DNA from: a virus
Virus record (IMG/VR): IMGVR_UViG_3300032235_000623
Span: 1-64,000 of that record
DNA: 64,000 nt
Strand: one strand, 5' to 3'
How positions within the stretch are numbered: the stretch's first letter is position 1; every line of letters starts with the position of its first letter. Shown here piece by piece: positions 38,320 through 48,216 of this stretch. Both the position numbers and the translations under genes were made by a program. The notes beneath the pieces are model-generated. The model saw only the letters and a list, made by a program, of their open reading frames with translations, did not search any database and was not told the origin of the DNA.

Positions 38320-38390
38320 CAAATGGTATAATTATTTAGGGTCGCCATAAGGGGCCTTAATTTAATTTATTCGCTTAAAGGAGGAATAAA

Positions 38391-38801
38391 ATGGTAACAC
38401 AGTTCGGTATGGATATTTTTAATGATCCATTTTTTATAGGGTTTGACAGATTAACAAATAGAATATCTGCAGCTCATTCAAGTTCAAATGGTTTTCCGCC
38501 ATATAATGTAAGAAAAGTAGATGAAGATACATTTATTGTAGAGTTAGCTGTTGCTGGCTATAATCGTGAATCCTTATCCGTAGTAGAAAATGACGGAACA
38601 TTAGAGATTAAGGGTGAAAAGCCAGAGGATGCAGAAACATATCTTCACAAAGGAATTGCTGGAAGAAAATTTACACGTACTTTTGCATTAAGTGAGTACA
38701 TGTATGTAGATTCAGCTGACCTAAATGATGGAATGCTTTATGTTGTTGTAAAGAGAGAAATTCCAGAAGAAAAAAAGCCAAAGACAATCACAATTAAATA
38801 G
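38391..38801 (+). CDS. Small heat-shock protein (Hsp20/IbpA family)
   Basis: FPPYNV, ELAVAG, YLHKGIAGRKF.R.F.L, A.L.DG.L, IPEEKKP..I.I. Confidence 0.92.
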   Translation: MVTQFGMDIFNDPFFIGFDRLTNRISAAHSSSNGFPPYNVRKVDEDTFIVELAVAGYNRESLSVVENDGTLEIKGEKPEDAETYLHKGIAGRKFTRTFALSEYMYVDSADLNDGMLYVVVKREIPEEKKPKTITIK

Positions 38802-38820
38802 ATCGCAAGAAGGTAACCAC

Positions 38821-38933
38821 TCCAAGCACTAGTGGCTTTAGGGACCGCCCTAAACAAAAGCATGATAGTGTTGGACGCTCCCACTTATGTTAATGTGGAC
38901 ATGCAGACCTGAGTAAGTCTTTAAACTGCTCAC
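38821..38933 (+). ncRNA. Structured intergenic RNA ending in a compact H-type pseudoknot
   Basis: TCCAAGCACTA/TAGTGTTGGA, TTTAGGG/CCCTAAA, CCAC/GTGG; AGAC-CTGAGTAA-GTCT-TTAAAC-TGCTCA. Confidence 0.55.
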
Positions 38934-38951
38934 TAAGATTAAGGAAAAGAT

Positions 38952-39128
38952 ATGCCAACGTATGAATACAATTGTGTTAATTGTAAAATTAATAAGGAAA
39001 TTCCAAAGTCATTTAACGATGCAGATAGTCCTGAGCTGTGCGAAAAGTGCGGTGAAGCAATGAATAAAGTTTATAGCACATTTGGTATACAGTTTAAGGG
39101 TGGAGGATTCTACTCCACTGGAGGGTAA
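38952..39128 (+). CDS. FmdB-family zinc-ribbon protein (58 aa)
   Basis: MPTYEY.CVNC...CEKCG...K.YS....FKGGGFYST. Confidence 0.85.
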   Translation: MPTYEYNCVNCKINKEIPKSFNDADSPELCEKCGEAMNKVYSTFGIQFKGGGFYSTGG

Positions 39129-39185
39129 CTAACTTTTTCAATGATATAATTAACTTGTTATAGATGTTATAACAAGGAGTTATAG

Positions 39186-41321
39186 TTGACTAGGACTAAG
39201 TTATGGAGATTATCATTAGCAGCCATTTTGGGGTTTGGCTGGCTATTTATGACACCTGCATACAGTGACGATCCTTTAACATTAGCCGCTAAAGAAATTG
39301 AATTATTAAATAGTGCAGTAGATAAATTAGACTATAAAGAAGGTCTAATTAATATGATTGATATCGCAGAAAATAAGTTCACATATGCCAAAAATCTACA
39401 GGATGTTAGAAATACAGCAATTGCAGACTATGAAGATGCAGTTGATGCAGAAGCCTCAGCATTAGAAGAATTAGAAATTGCTCAGTCAAATGTAGATGGA
39501 CAAACAGCAACAGTAGCCCTTGCACTTGATAATAGGGACAATGCTTTTCAAAATAAAAATAACGCACAAGATGCTCTCAATATAGCTAATATTAATCTAC
39601 AAACAGCACAATCTAATATGCAATCTGCAGGTGGATCAGGACTGCAATACACTGTATATAATCTTGCAAGAGTTTGGCCAAGCATAGCTGTGCCAGATTC
39701 CGTTATATGCTCTGGAACATGGAATTCAAACTCTATGCAACTTCCTGTTTGTGGCAATAGATATGAGAATATAGTAGTTAAGTTTACAGGACAAATAACA
39801 GTTCCAGATCATTGGACATCAACATATTTTGCAGGCTATACAGATGATGGGTTTAGAATGTACATTGATGGACAACTTGCAGTAAACAACTGGGTAGAGC
39901 AAGGTGTAAGGTGGAGCAACTATTCACCAGTTTATGATGTTACAACAGACAAGACATTTGATGTAGAAATTTGGTGGTACAACGGTGGAGGACCAGGATC
40001 TTATCACCTTGGTTGGGCTATTCCTGGAGGATGGACTGGAGCAGGATGCGACTATACTGGTGGTTGGGGAGTAGGATTTAGTTGTAATCTTGGAACATTC
40101 TCTTCTGGATCAGGACCAACACAGGCACAAATAGATGCTTATAACCAAGCACTTGAAACAAGAAATGCAGCACAACAAGATTATAATAATGCACTATCAG
40201 AATATAATGACAAACTAAATGTATACAACCAAGAGGTTGCAACACTAAACTCATTAAATCAAACATTAACTAATAAAGAATCTGAGTATGATAATGCAGT
40301 AAATGACACAGAGGATGCTTTGTCTGAAAAGAATAATGCTATAAATGATTTTAATAACGCTATAAATGATCTAAATAGCGCAATTGATGACGCATGGCGT
40401 TACTATGATGAGCAGTCAAAAAGAGAAATTCAGAGAGCAATCGCTCAAGCAGCTGCCAACGCTGCTGCAAACCAGCCAAAGCCAGAGCCATCCCCAAAAC
40501 CAACAATTGAACCAGAAAAGCCAAAGCCTTCTCCGCCACCAACAGATAAACCTGAGCCTAAGCCAAGCAATGCTACTGGAACAGAAGAACCAGGTCCAAA
40601 GCCAACACAGCCAGGACCTAAGCCAGAGCCAACACAGCCAGAAAAGCCTAAACCTGAACCAACAAAGACAAAAGAGCCTAAACCAACACCTGCTCCAAGT
40701 CCTGAACCAAAACCAGAACCTACTATTGAGCCAGAGCCTAAACCACTGCCAAGACCAGAATTTAAGCCAGCAGAAAATATTGATCCAGTTATCAAAGATG
40801 CAGAGCTAGCAGCACTTATTCCAGAAAAAGGAAGCGGAAGCACAGAGGATCTTTCTGGAGTTATTGCTAATCTAACTAGCAAAGATAATAAATTAGTTAA
40901 GCTTTCTCCAGAGCAAACAGCAGCAGTAAGTCAGACCCTCAAGGCTTTGACTCAAGAAGCAAAGAAAGAAATTGCTTCAGATCTTGGAATTTCATCATCA
41001 GAAGTTACAAAGGTTGCGGATGCAATGAAGTCGGATCCCAATATAGCATCAGCATTTGTTGAGTTCTCGGAAAGAGCAGAGCAGGCTGGAGACACATCTA
41101 TGCCATTTACCTTGGCAGATGCAACAACTGAAGTTGCAACAGAAGCATTTTTATCTGATCCAATAGGAGCAATTTCGGACATTAATTTTGAAAAATTACT
41201 TAGCCCATCAGAATGGGGTAAAGATATGACTGACGATCAGAGAGAAAAGGCACAAGAGGTAGTTGTGCCTGTAATTATTGCTGGAAATATTGTGGCAGCA
41301 GCCATGACAAGGAGGATATGA
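39186..41321 (+). CDS. Secreted/surface protein: signal peptide, coiled coils, PA14 domain, Pro-rich linker
   Basis: TTG start with AGGAG; F.G.I...TDDGFRMYIDG...W.EQG...WWYNGGG PA14 motif; PEPKP repeats. Confidence 0.75.
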   Translation: MTRTKLWRLSLAAILGFGWLFMTPAYSDDPLTLAAKEIELLNSAVDKLDYKEGLINMIDIAENKFTYAKNLQDVRNTAIADYEDAVDAEASALEELEIAQSNVDGQTATVALALDNRDNAFQNKNNAQDALNIANINLQTAQSNMQSAGGSGLQYTVYNLARVWPSIAVPDSVICSGTWNSNSMQLPVCGNRYENIVVKFTGQITVPDHWTSTYFAGYTDDGFRMYIDGQLAVNNWVEQGVRWSNYSPVYDVTTDKTFDVEIWWYNGGGPGSYHLGWAIPGGWTGAGCDYTGGWGVGFSCNLGTFSSGSGPTQAQIDAYNQALETRNAAQQDYNNALSEYNDKLNVYNQEVATLNSLNQTLTNKESEYDNAVNDTEDALSEKNNAINDFNNAINDLNSAIDDAWRYYDEQSKREIQRAIAQAAANAAANQPKPEPSPKPTIEPEKPKPSPPPTDKPEPKPSNATGTEEPGPKPTQPGPKPEPTQPEKPKPEPTKTKEPKPTPAPSPEPKPEPTIEPEPKPLPRPEFKPAENIDPVIKDAELAALIPEKGSGSTEDLSGVIANLTSKDNKLVKLSPEQTAAVSQTLKALTQEAKKEIASDLGISSSEVTKVADAMKSDPNIASAFVEFSERAEQAGDTSMPFTLADATTEVATEAFLSDPIGAISDINFEKLLSPSEWGKDMTDDQREKAQEVVVPVIIAGNIVAAAMTRRI

Positions 41322-41515
41322 TGAAAATAATTAAAGGTTTATTTAATTGGATATTAGAAGCAGTTAAAGAAAGTATTGCCCAGGTATGGACCCTTCTTGG
41401 CTTCTTTATTGCTTGGCTAACACTGACTGGAACAGCCCAAGATGTTGTTGCGGTAGCTACTATTGCTGCCACTATTATATGGCTGGTAACTATCCCTCTT
41501 CGTAAAGACGAGTAA
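41318..41515 (+). CDS. Small 2-TM membrane protein
   Basis: Hydrophobic helices, GGAGG RBS. Confidence 0.65.
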   Translation: MMKIIKGLFNWILEAVKESIAQVWTLLGFFIAWLTLTGTAQDVVAVATIAATIIWLVTIPLRKDE

Positions 41516-41531
41516 ATGCTATAATAGTGGT

Positions 41532-41735
41532 ATGAGGAAGCTAATTGCTATTGCCCTGTCTGGGCTATTAATGGTATCATTGAGTAGTTGTGGGGTACCA
41601 CAGGATAGATATCGTTATCCATGCCAAGATCCAGCTAATTGGAAAAAGGCAGAGTGTAATCCTCCAATATGTGAATCTTCTGGCACATGCACAAAAGATT
41701 TAGTTAAAGACTATGAGGTAGTTCAGAATGGCTAA
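41532..41735 (+). CDS. Small Cys-rich lipoprotein
   Basis: Signal peptide with LSSC lipobox; four further Cys. Confidence 0.7.
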   Translation: MRKLIAIALSGLLMVSLSSCGVPQDRYRYPCQDPANWKKAECNPPICESSGTCTKDLVKDYEVVQNG

Positions 41736-42174
41736 AGTACGTAGAAATCCTGCAGAGCTGGATGCGTTACTAAAATTTATCCTAGGTATCACTTTAGGAA
41801 GCATTTTATTTTTTACAGCAGTAGGAATTTTGTATGGATTGCTATTTGTACAGCAACCACTAAACGGTCAATCCGAAAACGATAAAATGTTTTTTAATGT
41901 TCTTGGATCAGTTGCAACATTTATTACAGGAACACTAGCTGGACTATTAATAGGTCAGAGTGGTGCTAAGGATATCATGAAGGCACAACTTGATAATAAA
42001 GAAATGGATGCAAGAAATACTCAGGCTGACAAAAAGTTAGAATCAGAATTAGAGATTGCAGAAAAAAAAGTTGATGTTGAACTAGATGCAGTAAGAGCTC
42101 GTTTAGCTGCTAAGCCAGATGGAGCAATGCCAGCAGAACAAGCAGTCGACACAGATTGGGATAAGGAAGACTAA
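41728..42174 (+). CDS. Putative holin (2 TM)
   Basis: Two TM helices plus charged tail, directly upstream of endolysin. Confidence 0.5.
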   Translation: MAKVRRNPAELDALLKFILGITLGSILFFTAVGILYGLLFVQQPLNGQSENDKMFFNVLGSVATFITGTLAGLLIGQSGAKDIMKAQLDNKEMDARNTQADKKLESELEIAEKKVDVELDAVRARLAAKPDGAMPAEQAVDTDWDKED

Positions 42175-42176
42175 TA

Positions 42177-42776
42177 ATGGCACAAGATGATTTTCCAGTA
42201 CCAGCAGAAACTGCTAAGGCTCCAAAAGGTAGCGTTGCTCGTCTTATTCAAATCGCTAAGTCTCAAGTTGGATACATTGAAGGTCCAAAAGACAATGAAA
42301 CAAAGTATGGTGCTTACACAAAGGCTAACTTCCAGCCATGGTGTGGCTCATTTGTAAACTGGTGTGCAAACGAAGCTGGCGTAAAGATTCCTAATACAGT
42401 TTATACTCCAGGTGGTGCAGCAGCATTTAAGAAGGCTGGTGCATGGATTGATGGAGACATTGCAGATCCAGAGCCAGGTGATATTGCCTATTTTGATTTC
42501 CCATCAGATGGTGTCGATAGAATTTCTCACGTAGGTATTGTTGTTGAAGACAACGAAGACGGAACAGTCTGGTGTATTGAAGGAAATACTTCTTCTAATA
42601 AAAAGGGAAGTCAAAGAAATGGCGGAGAAGCTTGTAAGCAGCTTCGTGCATATAAGAAAAATAAAGCAGGAGTAATGGTTTCAATTGTAGGGTTTGGACG
42701 TCCAAAATTTAAATCTACATCAACCAAGTCATCATCTCCATCAGATGGAAAAGTCTGCCCAACTTGTGGCAAATAA
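42177..42776 (+). CDS. CHAP-domain endolysin
   Basis: PWCGSFVNWC, P.PGD, SHVGIV, IEGNT. Confidence 0.88.
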   Translation: MAQDDFPVPAETAKAPKGSVARLIQIAKSQVGYIEGPKDNETKYGAYTKANFQPWCGSFVNWCANEAGVKIPNTVYTPGGAAAFKKAGAWIDGDIADPEPGDIAYFDFPSDGVDRISHVGIVVEDNEDGTVWCIEGNTSSNKKGSQRNGGEACKQLRAYKKNKAGVMVSIVGFGRPKFKSTSTKSSSPSDGKVCPTCGK

Positions 42777-42791
42777 AATTGAAGGATAAAA

Positions 42792-43571
42792 ATGTCTAAA
42801 GAAGGATATAAGCCAACATCAGGAATGCAGTCTGCAGCAAGACGTGCCATTAAGCTAAAAGAACAGGGAAAAGCAAAAGGTGCTGGAACTGCAGTTGGTT
42901 GGACAAGAGCTGGACAATTAGCAAGAGGAGAAACTTTAAGTCTTTCTACAGTTAAACGTATGTACTCTTATTTTTCTCGACATGAAGTAGATAAAAAAGG
43001 AAAAGACTGGGATAATGCAGAAAGCCCATCAAATGGTAAGATCATGTGGCTTGCCTGGGGCGGAGATGCAGGATATTCATGGTCAAGAAAAATTGTTGAA
43101 AGAGAGAAGAATATGAAAAAATCATTAGAATTAAATGAGATAGTGGAAGAGATTAAAGATATCCTTGATGACGTAGTTAACCCAATTACCAAGGCAATTG
43201 AAGTTGAGATTGAAGAAGACGACGAAGAGGATGACATGGAAGACACTGAGGGTTGTGACTGTGAAGGTTGCAAGGAGTGCAAAGCAAATGGTGGATGCAC
43301 AGAAAAGATGTGTTCAGGACATAAGAAGATGAAGAAGTCTGATGATCTATCAGATGAAGATATCTCAAAGTCTTATGAGTCAGATAACGAAGAAGAAGAC
43401 AAGTGGGATAACATGGAGAAGGCTTGCTGGAGTGGTTATGTGCAGCAAGGCATGAAAGAAAAAAATGGTAGAAAAGTTCCTAACTGTGTACCAATTAAAA
43501 AGGCTACAGATGTAGAGGAAAAAGAAGAGCCTGTAAAAAAGTCTATATGGAGTGGAACTTTTTTAAAATAA
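42792..43571 (+). CDS. Hypothetical, possibly head-associated protein
   Basis: Conserved-looking N-domain (VG..RA.QL...RM.S.F.RH...W..WGGDAG..W), acidic linker, CW.GY...G.K......PNCVP module. Confidence 0.6.
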   Translation: MSKEGYKPTSGMQSAARRAIKLKEQGKAKGAGTAVGWTRAGQLARGETLSLSTVKRMYSYFSRHEVDKKGKDWDNAESPSNGKIMWLAWGGDAGYSWSRKIVEREKNMKKSLELNEIVEEIKDILDDVVNPITKAIEVEIEEDDEEDDMEDTEGCDCEGCKECKANGGCTEKMCSGHKKMKKSDDLSDEDISKSYESDNEEEDKWDNMEKACWSGYVQQGMKEKNGRKVPNCVPIKKATDVEEKEEPVKKSIWSGTFLK

Positions 43572-43635
43572 ACTATTGACATAGATAGCATACCTCTGTA
43601 TACTATTACAGTAGGTTCAACCAAAAAATGGACTT

Positions 43636-43869
43636 ATGTTACATTTATATGAAAATGGAGTAGAGATACTCAGAAAAAAGATATCTAGTAAAAATGTAGA
43701 TACCTATTGGGATAACTATAATTTTATTATATGGGAAAAAAATCAAGGCGGATATTCAGATACAAAAGGTGTATTTAGAAACAATTCTTGGGGAATAGCT
43801 AATACTATTCATATAAACCAAAACGGAACTTGGATATTACCGCTAAAGTATGTCAAATATTTTAAATGA
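43636..43869 (+). CDS. Hypothetical protein
   Basis: ORF after promoter TTGACA-N17-TATACT (43576-43604). Confidence 0.6.
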   Translation: MLHLYENGVEILRKKISSKNVDTYWDNYNFIIWEKNQGGYSDTKGVFRNNSWGIANTIHINQNGTWILPLKYVKYFK

Positions 43870-44164
43870 ATTAGGAACAGACGAAGACAAGTTCGCTTGG
43901 TGGGACATTGCAGTCTGTTCTGGCATGGAAACAAATCTTTTTTATGATACATACGAGTCTGATCATAATATTGCAAAAAATATTGATCAAGCTTGTTTAT
44001 CTTGTCCAGTTATTGCAATATGCTATAAGAATGGAACTGAGAATAATGAGTATGGAGTTTGGGGCGGAGTTTATTTAAATTTCGGCCAGCACGATAAGCA
44101 AAGAAATACGCATAAGAGTAAAGAGATTTGGAAGGAATTGAAACGTAAACATGCCCAAATCTAA
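43850..44164 (+). CDS. whiB: WhiB-family Fe-S transcription factor
   Basis: W...A.C...LF...C..CPV...C...YGVWGG. Confidence 0.88.
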   Translation: MSNILNELGTDEDKFAWWDIAVCSGMETNLFYDTYESDHNIAKNIDQACLSCPVIAICYKNGTENNEYGVWGGVYLNFGQHDKQRNTHKSKEIWKELKRKHAQI

Positions 44165-44480
44165 TATGCACGACAATAAACATTTTAAGCATGGAATCAA
44201 TATGTGGACTGGTGAGCCAAATAAACCAGTTTTTTATAATGATGAAATGAGAAAAAGATTAAGAGAAATAAAAAGACCACATATGCTAATGATGGATGTA
44301 GCTATGTACCCAGAATTTTTAGCTTTAAGATTATATGAAGATAATTTTATTCAATTTAGTGGAACTAAAAAAGAAGAGGTTATCGATTATGTTACAAAGG
44401 TTAAAAAAATGATCGAGTCTTACGGAGTAAGATGCGAATTAGAAGGGGTCCCAAGTGATAAGTCCATCGGAAAAATTTAA
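44151..44480 (+). CDS. Hypothetical protein
   Basis: ORF track. Confidence 0.6.
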   Translation: MPKSNMHDNKHFKHGINMWTGEPNKPVFYNDEMRKRLREIKRPHMLMMDVAMYPEFLALRLYEDNFIQFSGTKKEEVIDYVTKVKKMIESYGVRCELEGVPSDKSIGKI

Positions 44481-44628
44481 TGTATATATACCTTCTGAAG
44501 AAGAGTACGGATATATAGAATCATTAGGAGCTTTTGTTTCAGAAGTTTCTTATACAAAAAATGGAGTTGTTTACAAAGAAATGATTGAGAACGAAGATTT
44601 TGTGATTATTGATGAGGAGTCTAATTAA
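44455..44628 (+). CDS. Small hypothetical protein (57 aa, GTG start)
   Basis: Open frame filling gap, TAATG coupling downstream. Confidence 0.45.
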   Translation: MISPSEKFNVYIPSEEEYGYIESLGAFVSEVSYTKNGVVYKEMIENEDFVIIDEESN

Positions 44629-44864
44629 TGGAAAAGATATTGTGTTATTCATGCAACAAAAGTAAAGCAAACCTTACACTTGTCAAATCTTCACTGCTTG
44701 GCATAAACTTATTCATGTGCGAATCTTGCAAATCAGAAAAGATGGAGCCAAGATGGGTTGTAATTATCGCTGGAAGACAAAATGGATCTGAGTCTGTAAA
44801 AGATTTTATAGCAAAAAAGCGATATCTTGGAAATGAAATTTCGGCTTCTGAATTATTAATTTAA
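44628..44864 (+). CDS. Small Zn-finger protein
   Basis: CYSC...CESC; GAGGAG RBS. Confidence 0.6.
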   Translation: MEKILCYSCNKSKANLTLVKSSLLGINLFMCESCKSEKMEPRWVVIIAGRQNGSESVKDFIAKKRYLGNEISASELLI

Positions 44865-44897
44865 TTAAATATATTTATCAGGTATAATATATCTATA

Positions 44898-45218
44898 ATG
44901 AAAATAGATATAGCTACCCTTATTTTGTCATTACTTGCAGCAATTTTGAGCGGAATGGGAACCGCCATAATTGCTGGAATTAAAGACTCAAAAAAGGAAA
45001 AGGTTAGACGCCAAGAGCGTGACCAAGACCATCTTAAAATGGAAATAAAAGATTTAAAAATTCAATTATATGAGCTAGAAAAGCAGTTGACTGAATGGAA
45101 AGATAAATATTATCATGCAATTCAGCAATTAATTGAAGTTAAGTCTGAATTAGAACAAACATTAATTCAATTAGACCATATTAATATACATGTGGAAGAG
45201 CAGTCTAGCAATCAATAA
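44898..45218 (+). CDS. Membrane-anchored coiled-coil protein
   Basis: N-terminal TM plus heptads. Confidence 0.65.
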   Translation: MKIDIATLILSLLAAILSGMGTAIIAGIKDSKKEKVRRQERDQDHLKMEIKDLKIQLYELEKQLTEWKDKYYHAIQQLIEVKSELEQTLIQLDHINIHVEEQSSNQ

Positions 45219-45240
45219 ATAAAAATAGTACAATAGAAGC

Positions 45241-45807
45241 ATGACTTGTATTGTAGCCGTTATCCATGAAAACAAAGTTTATCTTGGCGGAGATTCCGCT
45301 GCATCAGACGACAAAACTGGGCTCATAGTTCAAAGAACTGATCCAAAAGTTTTTAAGGTTGGACAATTCGGTATTGGGTTCACAGATTCTTTTAGAATGG
45401 GACAGATACTTCAGTATAATTGGACGCCACCTAAGTATGTTCCAACAGTTGGCAATAAAAATTTAGATAAATTTATGCGAACTAAATTCGTTGATTCAAT
45501 CAAGGAAGTATTCAAAGAACATGGATACGGAAACTTTGGATCCAACACTGAAGATGGAGATGAGGGTGGCATATTCCTTGTGGCGGTAGCTGGAACTGGA
45601 AGAATATTCACTATAGATTTAGACTATCACATCGGAGAGGCTGACGTAATGTACATGGCTGAAGGAAGTGGTCAGCAAGTCGCATTGGGATCATTATTCT
45701 CAACAGCACAAGTAAAAACACCACGTAAGCGTGTCAGAATGGCCCTAGAAGCCTCAGCAAAATTTATTATGAGCGTACGTGGCCCCTTTACAATAATAGA
45801 AGTATAA
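45241..45807 (+). CDS. Ntn-hydrolase, HslV/proteasome-beta-like protease
   Basis: N-terminal Thr (MTCIVA), GGDS, K33-equivalent PKVF, GSG...A.G.L. Confidence 0.75.
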   Translation: MTCIVAVIHENKVYLGGDSAASDDKTGLIVQRTDPKVFKVGQFGIGFTDSFRMGQILQYNWTPPKYVPTVGNKNLDKFMRTKFVDSIKEVFKEHGYGNFGSNTEDGDEGGIFLVAVAGTGRIFTIDLDYHIGEADVMYMAEGSGQQVALGSLFSTAQVKTPRKRVRMALEASAKFIMSVRGPFTIIEV

Positions 45808-45821
45808 AGTATAATTAAACT

Positions 45822-46037
45822 ATGAAGGATCCCAAGGATATCAATCACTTAAAGCCCAATTATGATAAAGCTATGGATATTCGTGGTGTCCCAACACATG
45901 TGTGTCCCTGCGGATGTGAAGTGTTTAACTTAAAAGTAATTTTTCATAACTATGAGATAGCAAGTTACTTTATAGATATGGAATGTGCGAGCTGTGGAAC
46001 AATCGCAACAGCGCCAACCCCCTTAGATATGGAATAG
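45822..46037 (+). CDS. Small zinc-ribbon protein
   Basis: CPCG...CASCG. Confidence 0.65.
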   Translation: MKDPKDINHLKPNYDKAMDIRGVPTHVCPCGCEVFNLKVIFHNYEIASYFIDMECASCGTIATAPTPLDME

Positions 46038-46042
46038 TATAA

Positions 46043-46213
46043 ATGAGAAAATCTGAAAGAATGCTCAATCTAGAATTAGAAATTTATAAGTTAAGAATAG
46101 AATTAGATTTAGTTTATGAAATATTAAACAATATTGTTGCAGCAAACGAAGCTGCAAGCATAGAAGCTGGCAAGTGGTATGTAAGAAGACCACGATTCGA
46201 TTCAGAAAATTAG
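46043..46213 (+). CDS. Small coiled-coil protein (56 aa)
   Basis: Open frame filling gap. Confidence 0.45.
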   Translation: MRKSERMLNLELEIYKLRIELDLVYEILNNIVAANEAASIEAGKWYVRRPRFDSEN

Positions 46214-46250
46214 TATTGACAGAACTCAATAATTATTGTATTATTCATTT

Positions 46251-47186
46251 ATGAAAAAAACACTAACTGCTATTGCTGTGATTGCGATTTCGGCGGTATC
46301 GCTTCCAGCTAATGCAGCACTAAAAAACTCTACCGCCCAGTTACCAACACTTGCTATCATCGATACTGCTCTAGATACTTCAATTCCATCTATTAAAGAA
46401 AAACTGATCGGAGAAGTTTGTATCCTGGATTGGAATTCATGCCCTAATGGACAACCTTTTATGGAGGGTACAGGGGCATCAGTGCTTCCAATGAATATTT
46501 TATCAACTAATAACTTTAACCATGGTACACAGATGGCTTCTGTAGCAGTAAAAAATAATCCAAACATGAATATTCTATTTATTAGAATTATTGGTCATAC
46601 TGCTGACGGTCGTAGACAAGTAACAAGAGCCAACCTTGTCCCTAGAGTTTTAGAGTGGATTAATGCAAATAAAGATAGATATAATGTTCAATCTATTGCA
46701 ATGTCACAAGGTCATCACAATCTAGTAAAAACTGGTGATTATTGCCCTAAAAATGTCGAGCTAGATGTTGCATTAGAAAAGCTAAATTCTGCTAACATTC
46801 CAGTGATGTTCGCTGTTGGAAATGATAGAGACTACTCAAGAATTGACTGGCCAGCATGCCACATGTCTCCAAACGTTTTTGCTATAGCTGGGTCAGAAAA
46901 CCACAACGCCCCAGCAACCTATAATAATCACGATTCAACTAGAACAGACTTTTTTGATTATGGAAATCAGCAAGTTGTTAGACCTGGAAATATTCAGGCG
47001 TACGCTGCTGGATCATCTGTAGCAAATGTTTCGTTTGCTGCAAAATGGTTGGGTATCAAAACTTCTAAATCATATGTTTCTATATCTGATATTTCTAATG
47101 TTATTAAAAATACATCTTTGTCAATCAAGAACTCACGTGGGGTATCTGGACTTCTAATTGATTATGGAAAGGCTACAAATGGCTAA
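46251..47186 (+). CDS. Secreted subtilisin-like (S8) serine protease
   Basis: Signal peptide; AIIDT, HGT.MAS, AVGND, GSSVA; promoter TTGACA-N17-TATTAT (46216-46244). Confidence 0.8.
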   Translation: MKKTLTAIAVIAISAVSLPANAALKNSTAQLPTLAIIDTALDTSIPSIKEKLIGEVCILDWNSCPNGQPFMEGTGASVLPMNILSTNNFNHGTQMASVAVKNNPNMNILFIRIIGHTADGRRQVTRANLVPRVLEWINANKDRYNVQSIAMSQGHHNLVKTGDYCPKNVELDVALEKLNSANIPVMFAVGNDRDYSRIDWPACHMSPNVFAIAGSENHNAPATYNNHDSTRTDFFDYGNQQVVRPGNIQAYAAGSSVANVSFAAKWLGIKTSKSYVSISDISNVIKNTSLSIKNSRGVSGLLIDYGKATNG

Positions 47187-47388
47187 AGATTTAACGGTGC
47201 TTGAAGAAATCATAGGTGAGGTTGCAGAAGATGTCTATAATAAATGGGCACTTGCTTTGCCAGAAGAACAGAAGACAGATGATGCTCTATCTGCATTAAG
47301 CAAGAATGCTTATGAAGTCACTGTAATGATTATTCAGAACTTTATGAAGCGTTTTAACGAAGCAGCAGAAGAGCTAAAAGATAAGTAA
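47179..47388 (+). CDS. Hypothetical protein
   Basis: ORF track. Confidence 0.6.
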   Translation: MAKDLTVLEEIIGEVAEDVYNKWALALPEEQKTDDALSALSKNAYEVTVMIIQNFMKRFNEAAEELKDK

Positions 47389-47394
47389 AATTAT

Positions 47395-47434
47395 GGGGGA
47401 GGGTATTGACTCTCCCCCAATTATTTAGTAGGAT
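47395..47434 (+). terminator. GC hairpin overlapping next promoter
   Basis: TGGGGGAG...CTCCCCCA hairpin containing TTGACT; TAGGAT 17 nt after. Confidence 0.55.
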
Positions 47435-47440
47435 ATGGGT

Positions 47441-47914
47441 ATGCAAACATTTCTTCCACACAAAGACTTTTCCGAGACAGCAAAACATTTAGACCGTAAG
47501 CGTTTAATCAAGCAGAGTGTAGAAAACCTTCAGGTACTTAAGTCTCTCTCTGGACACTACGATAAAACTGGTGCTTGGGTAAACCACCCAGCAGTAAAGA
47601 TGTGGCGTGGTCACGAAGACTGGCTATTCTTATATAACGAGGCAATTGTAAGAGAGATTATTCTTAGAGGGTATAAGAATAGCACAAGAGAAACATTTGA
47701 CTCAATCTATCAAGAGAATTTTATTGCTCTTGAGTCTGATTCACCTTGGTGGCTTGGTAATGAGAGCCTCCACTACTCTCATAAGGGTAGATTATACGAA
47801 AAAGATCAAGAATCATATTATTTCTATGCGGAATTTGCTGATTATAAGGAATTAGGATATACTTGCTGCGTGTCCTGCAACTATTACTGGCCTACTCATG
47901 TGGAGAATCTATGA
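47441..47914 (+). CDS. Pyrimidine-dimer DNA glycosylase (DenV / MSMEG_6728 family)
   Basis: MQTFLP...LD.KRL.KQ.VE..Q...HPAVKMWRG...PWWLG....H.SH...L..KD...YYWP. Confidence 0.8.
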   Translation: MQTFLPHKDFSETAKHLDRKRLIKQSVENLQVLKSLSGHYDKTGAWVNHPAVKMWRGHEDWLFLYNEAIVREIILRGYKNSTRETFDSIYQENFIALESDSPWWLGNESLHYSHKGRLYEKDQESYYFYAEFADYKELGYTCCVSCNYYWPTHVENL

Positions 47915-48216
47915 TAGTAAACGACGAAAATTTCGATAATACTATCAGTTCACACAGGCTTGTAATGATAGATTTTTGGGCTGAATGGTGCAGACCTTGC
48001 AAAATTTTTAGTCCAATTATTGAAGAAGTCTCAAACGAGACTGGAATATGGCTTGGAAAGATTAACATTGACGATAATCAAATTAAGCCAGCAGAGTACG
48101 AAGTATCTTCTATACCAACAACTATTTTATTTCAAGATGGTGTTCCAGTAAAAAGAATTATAGGCGCAAAGCCAAAGCATGTAATGTTACAGGAGCTTTC
48201 AGAATGGGTGAACTAG
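47911..48216 (+). CDS. trxA: Thioredoxin
   Basis: DFWAEWCRPC, SIPT, F.DG. Confidence 0.9.
   Translation: MIVNDENFDNTISSHRLVMIDFWAEWCRPCKIFSPIIEEVSNETGIWLGKINIDDNQIKPAEYEVSSIPTTILFQDGVPVKRIIGAKPKHVMLQELSEWVN

Noticed and set aside
38079-38348. 89-aa minus-strand ORF
   Set aside because: Antisense to tRNA-Ser, tRNA-Leu and RNA B; shadow ORF
40384-41182. Alternative-frame and antisense ORFs (141, 145, 76 aa)
   Set aside because: By-products of Pro/Ala-rich codon bias in the PA14 gene
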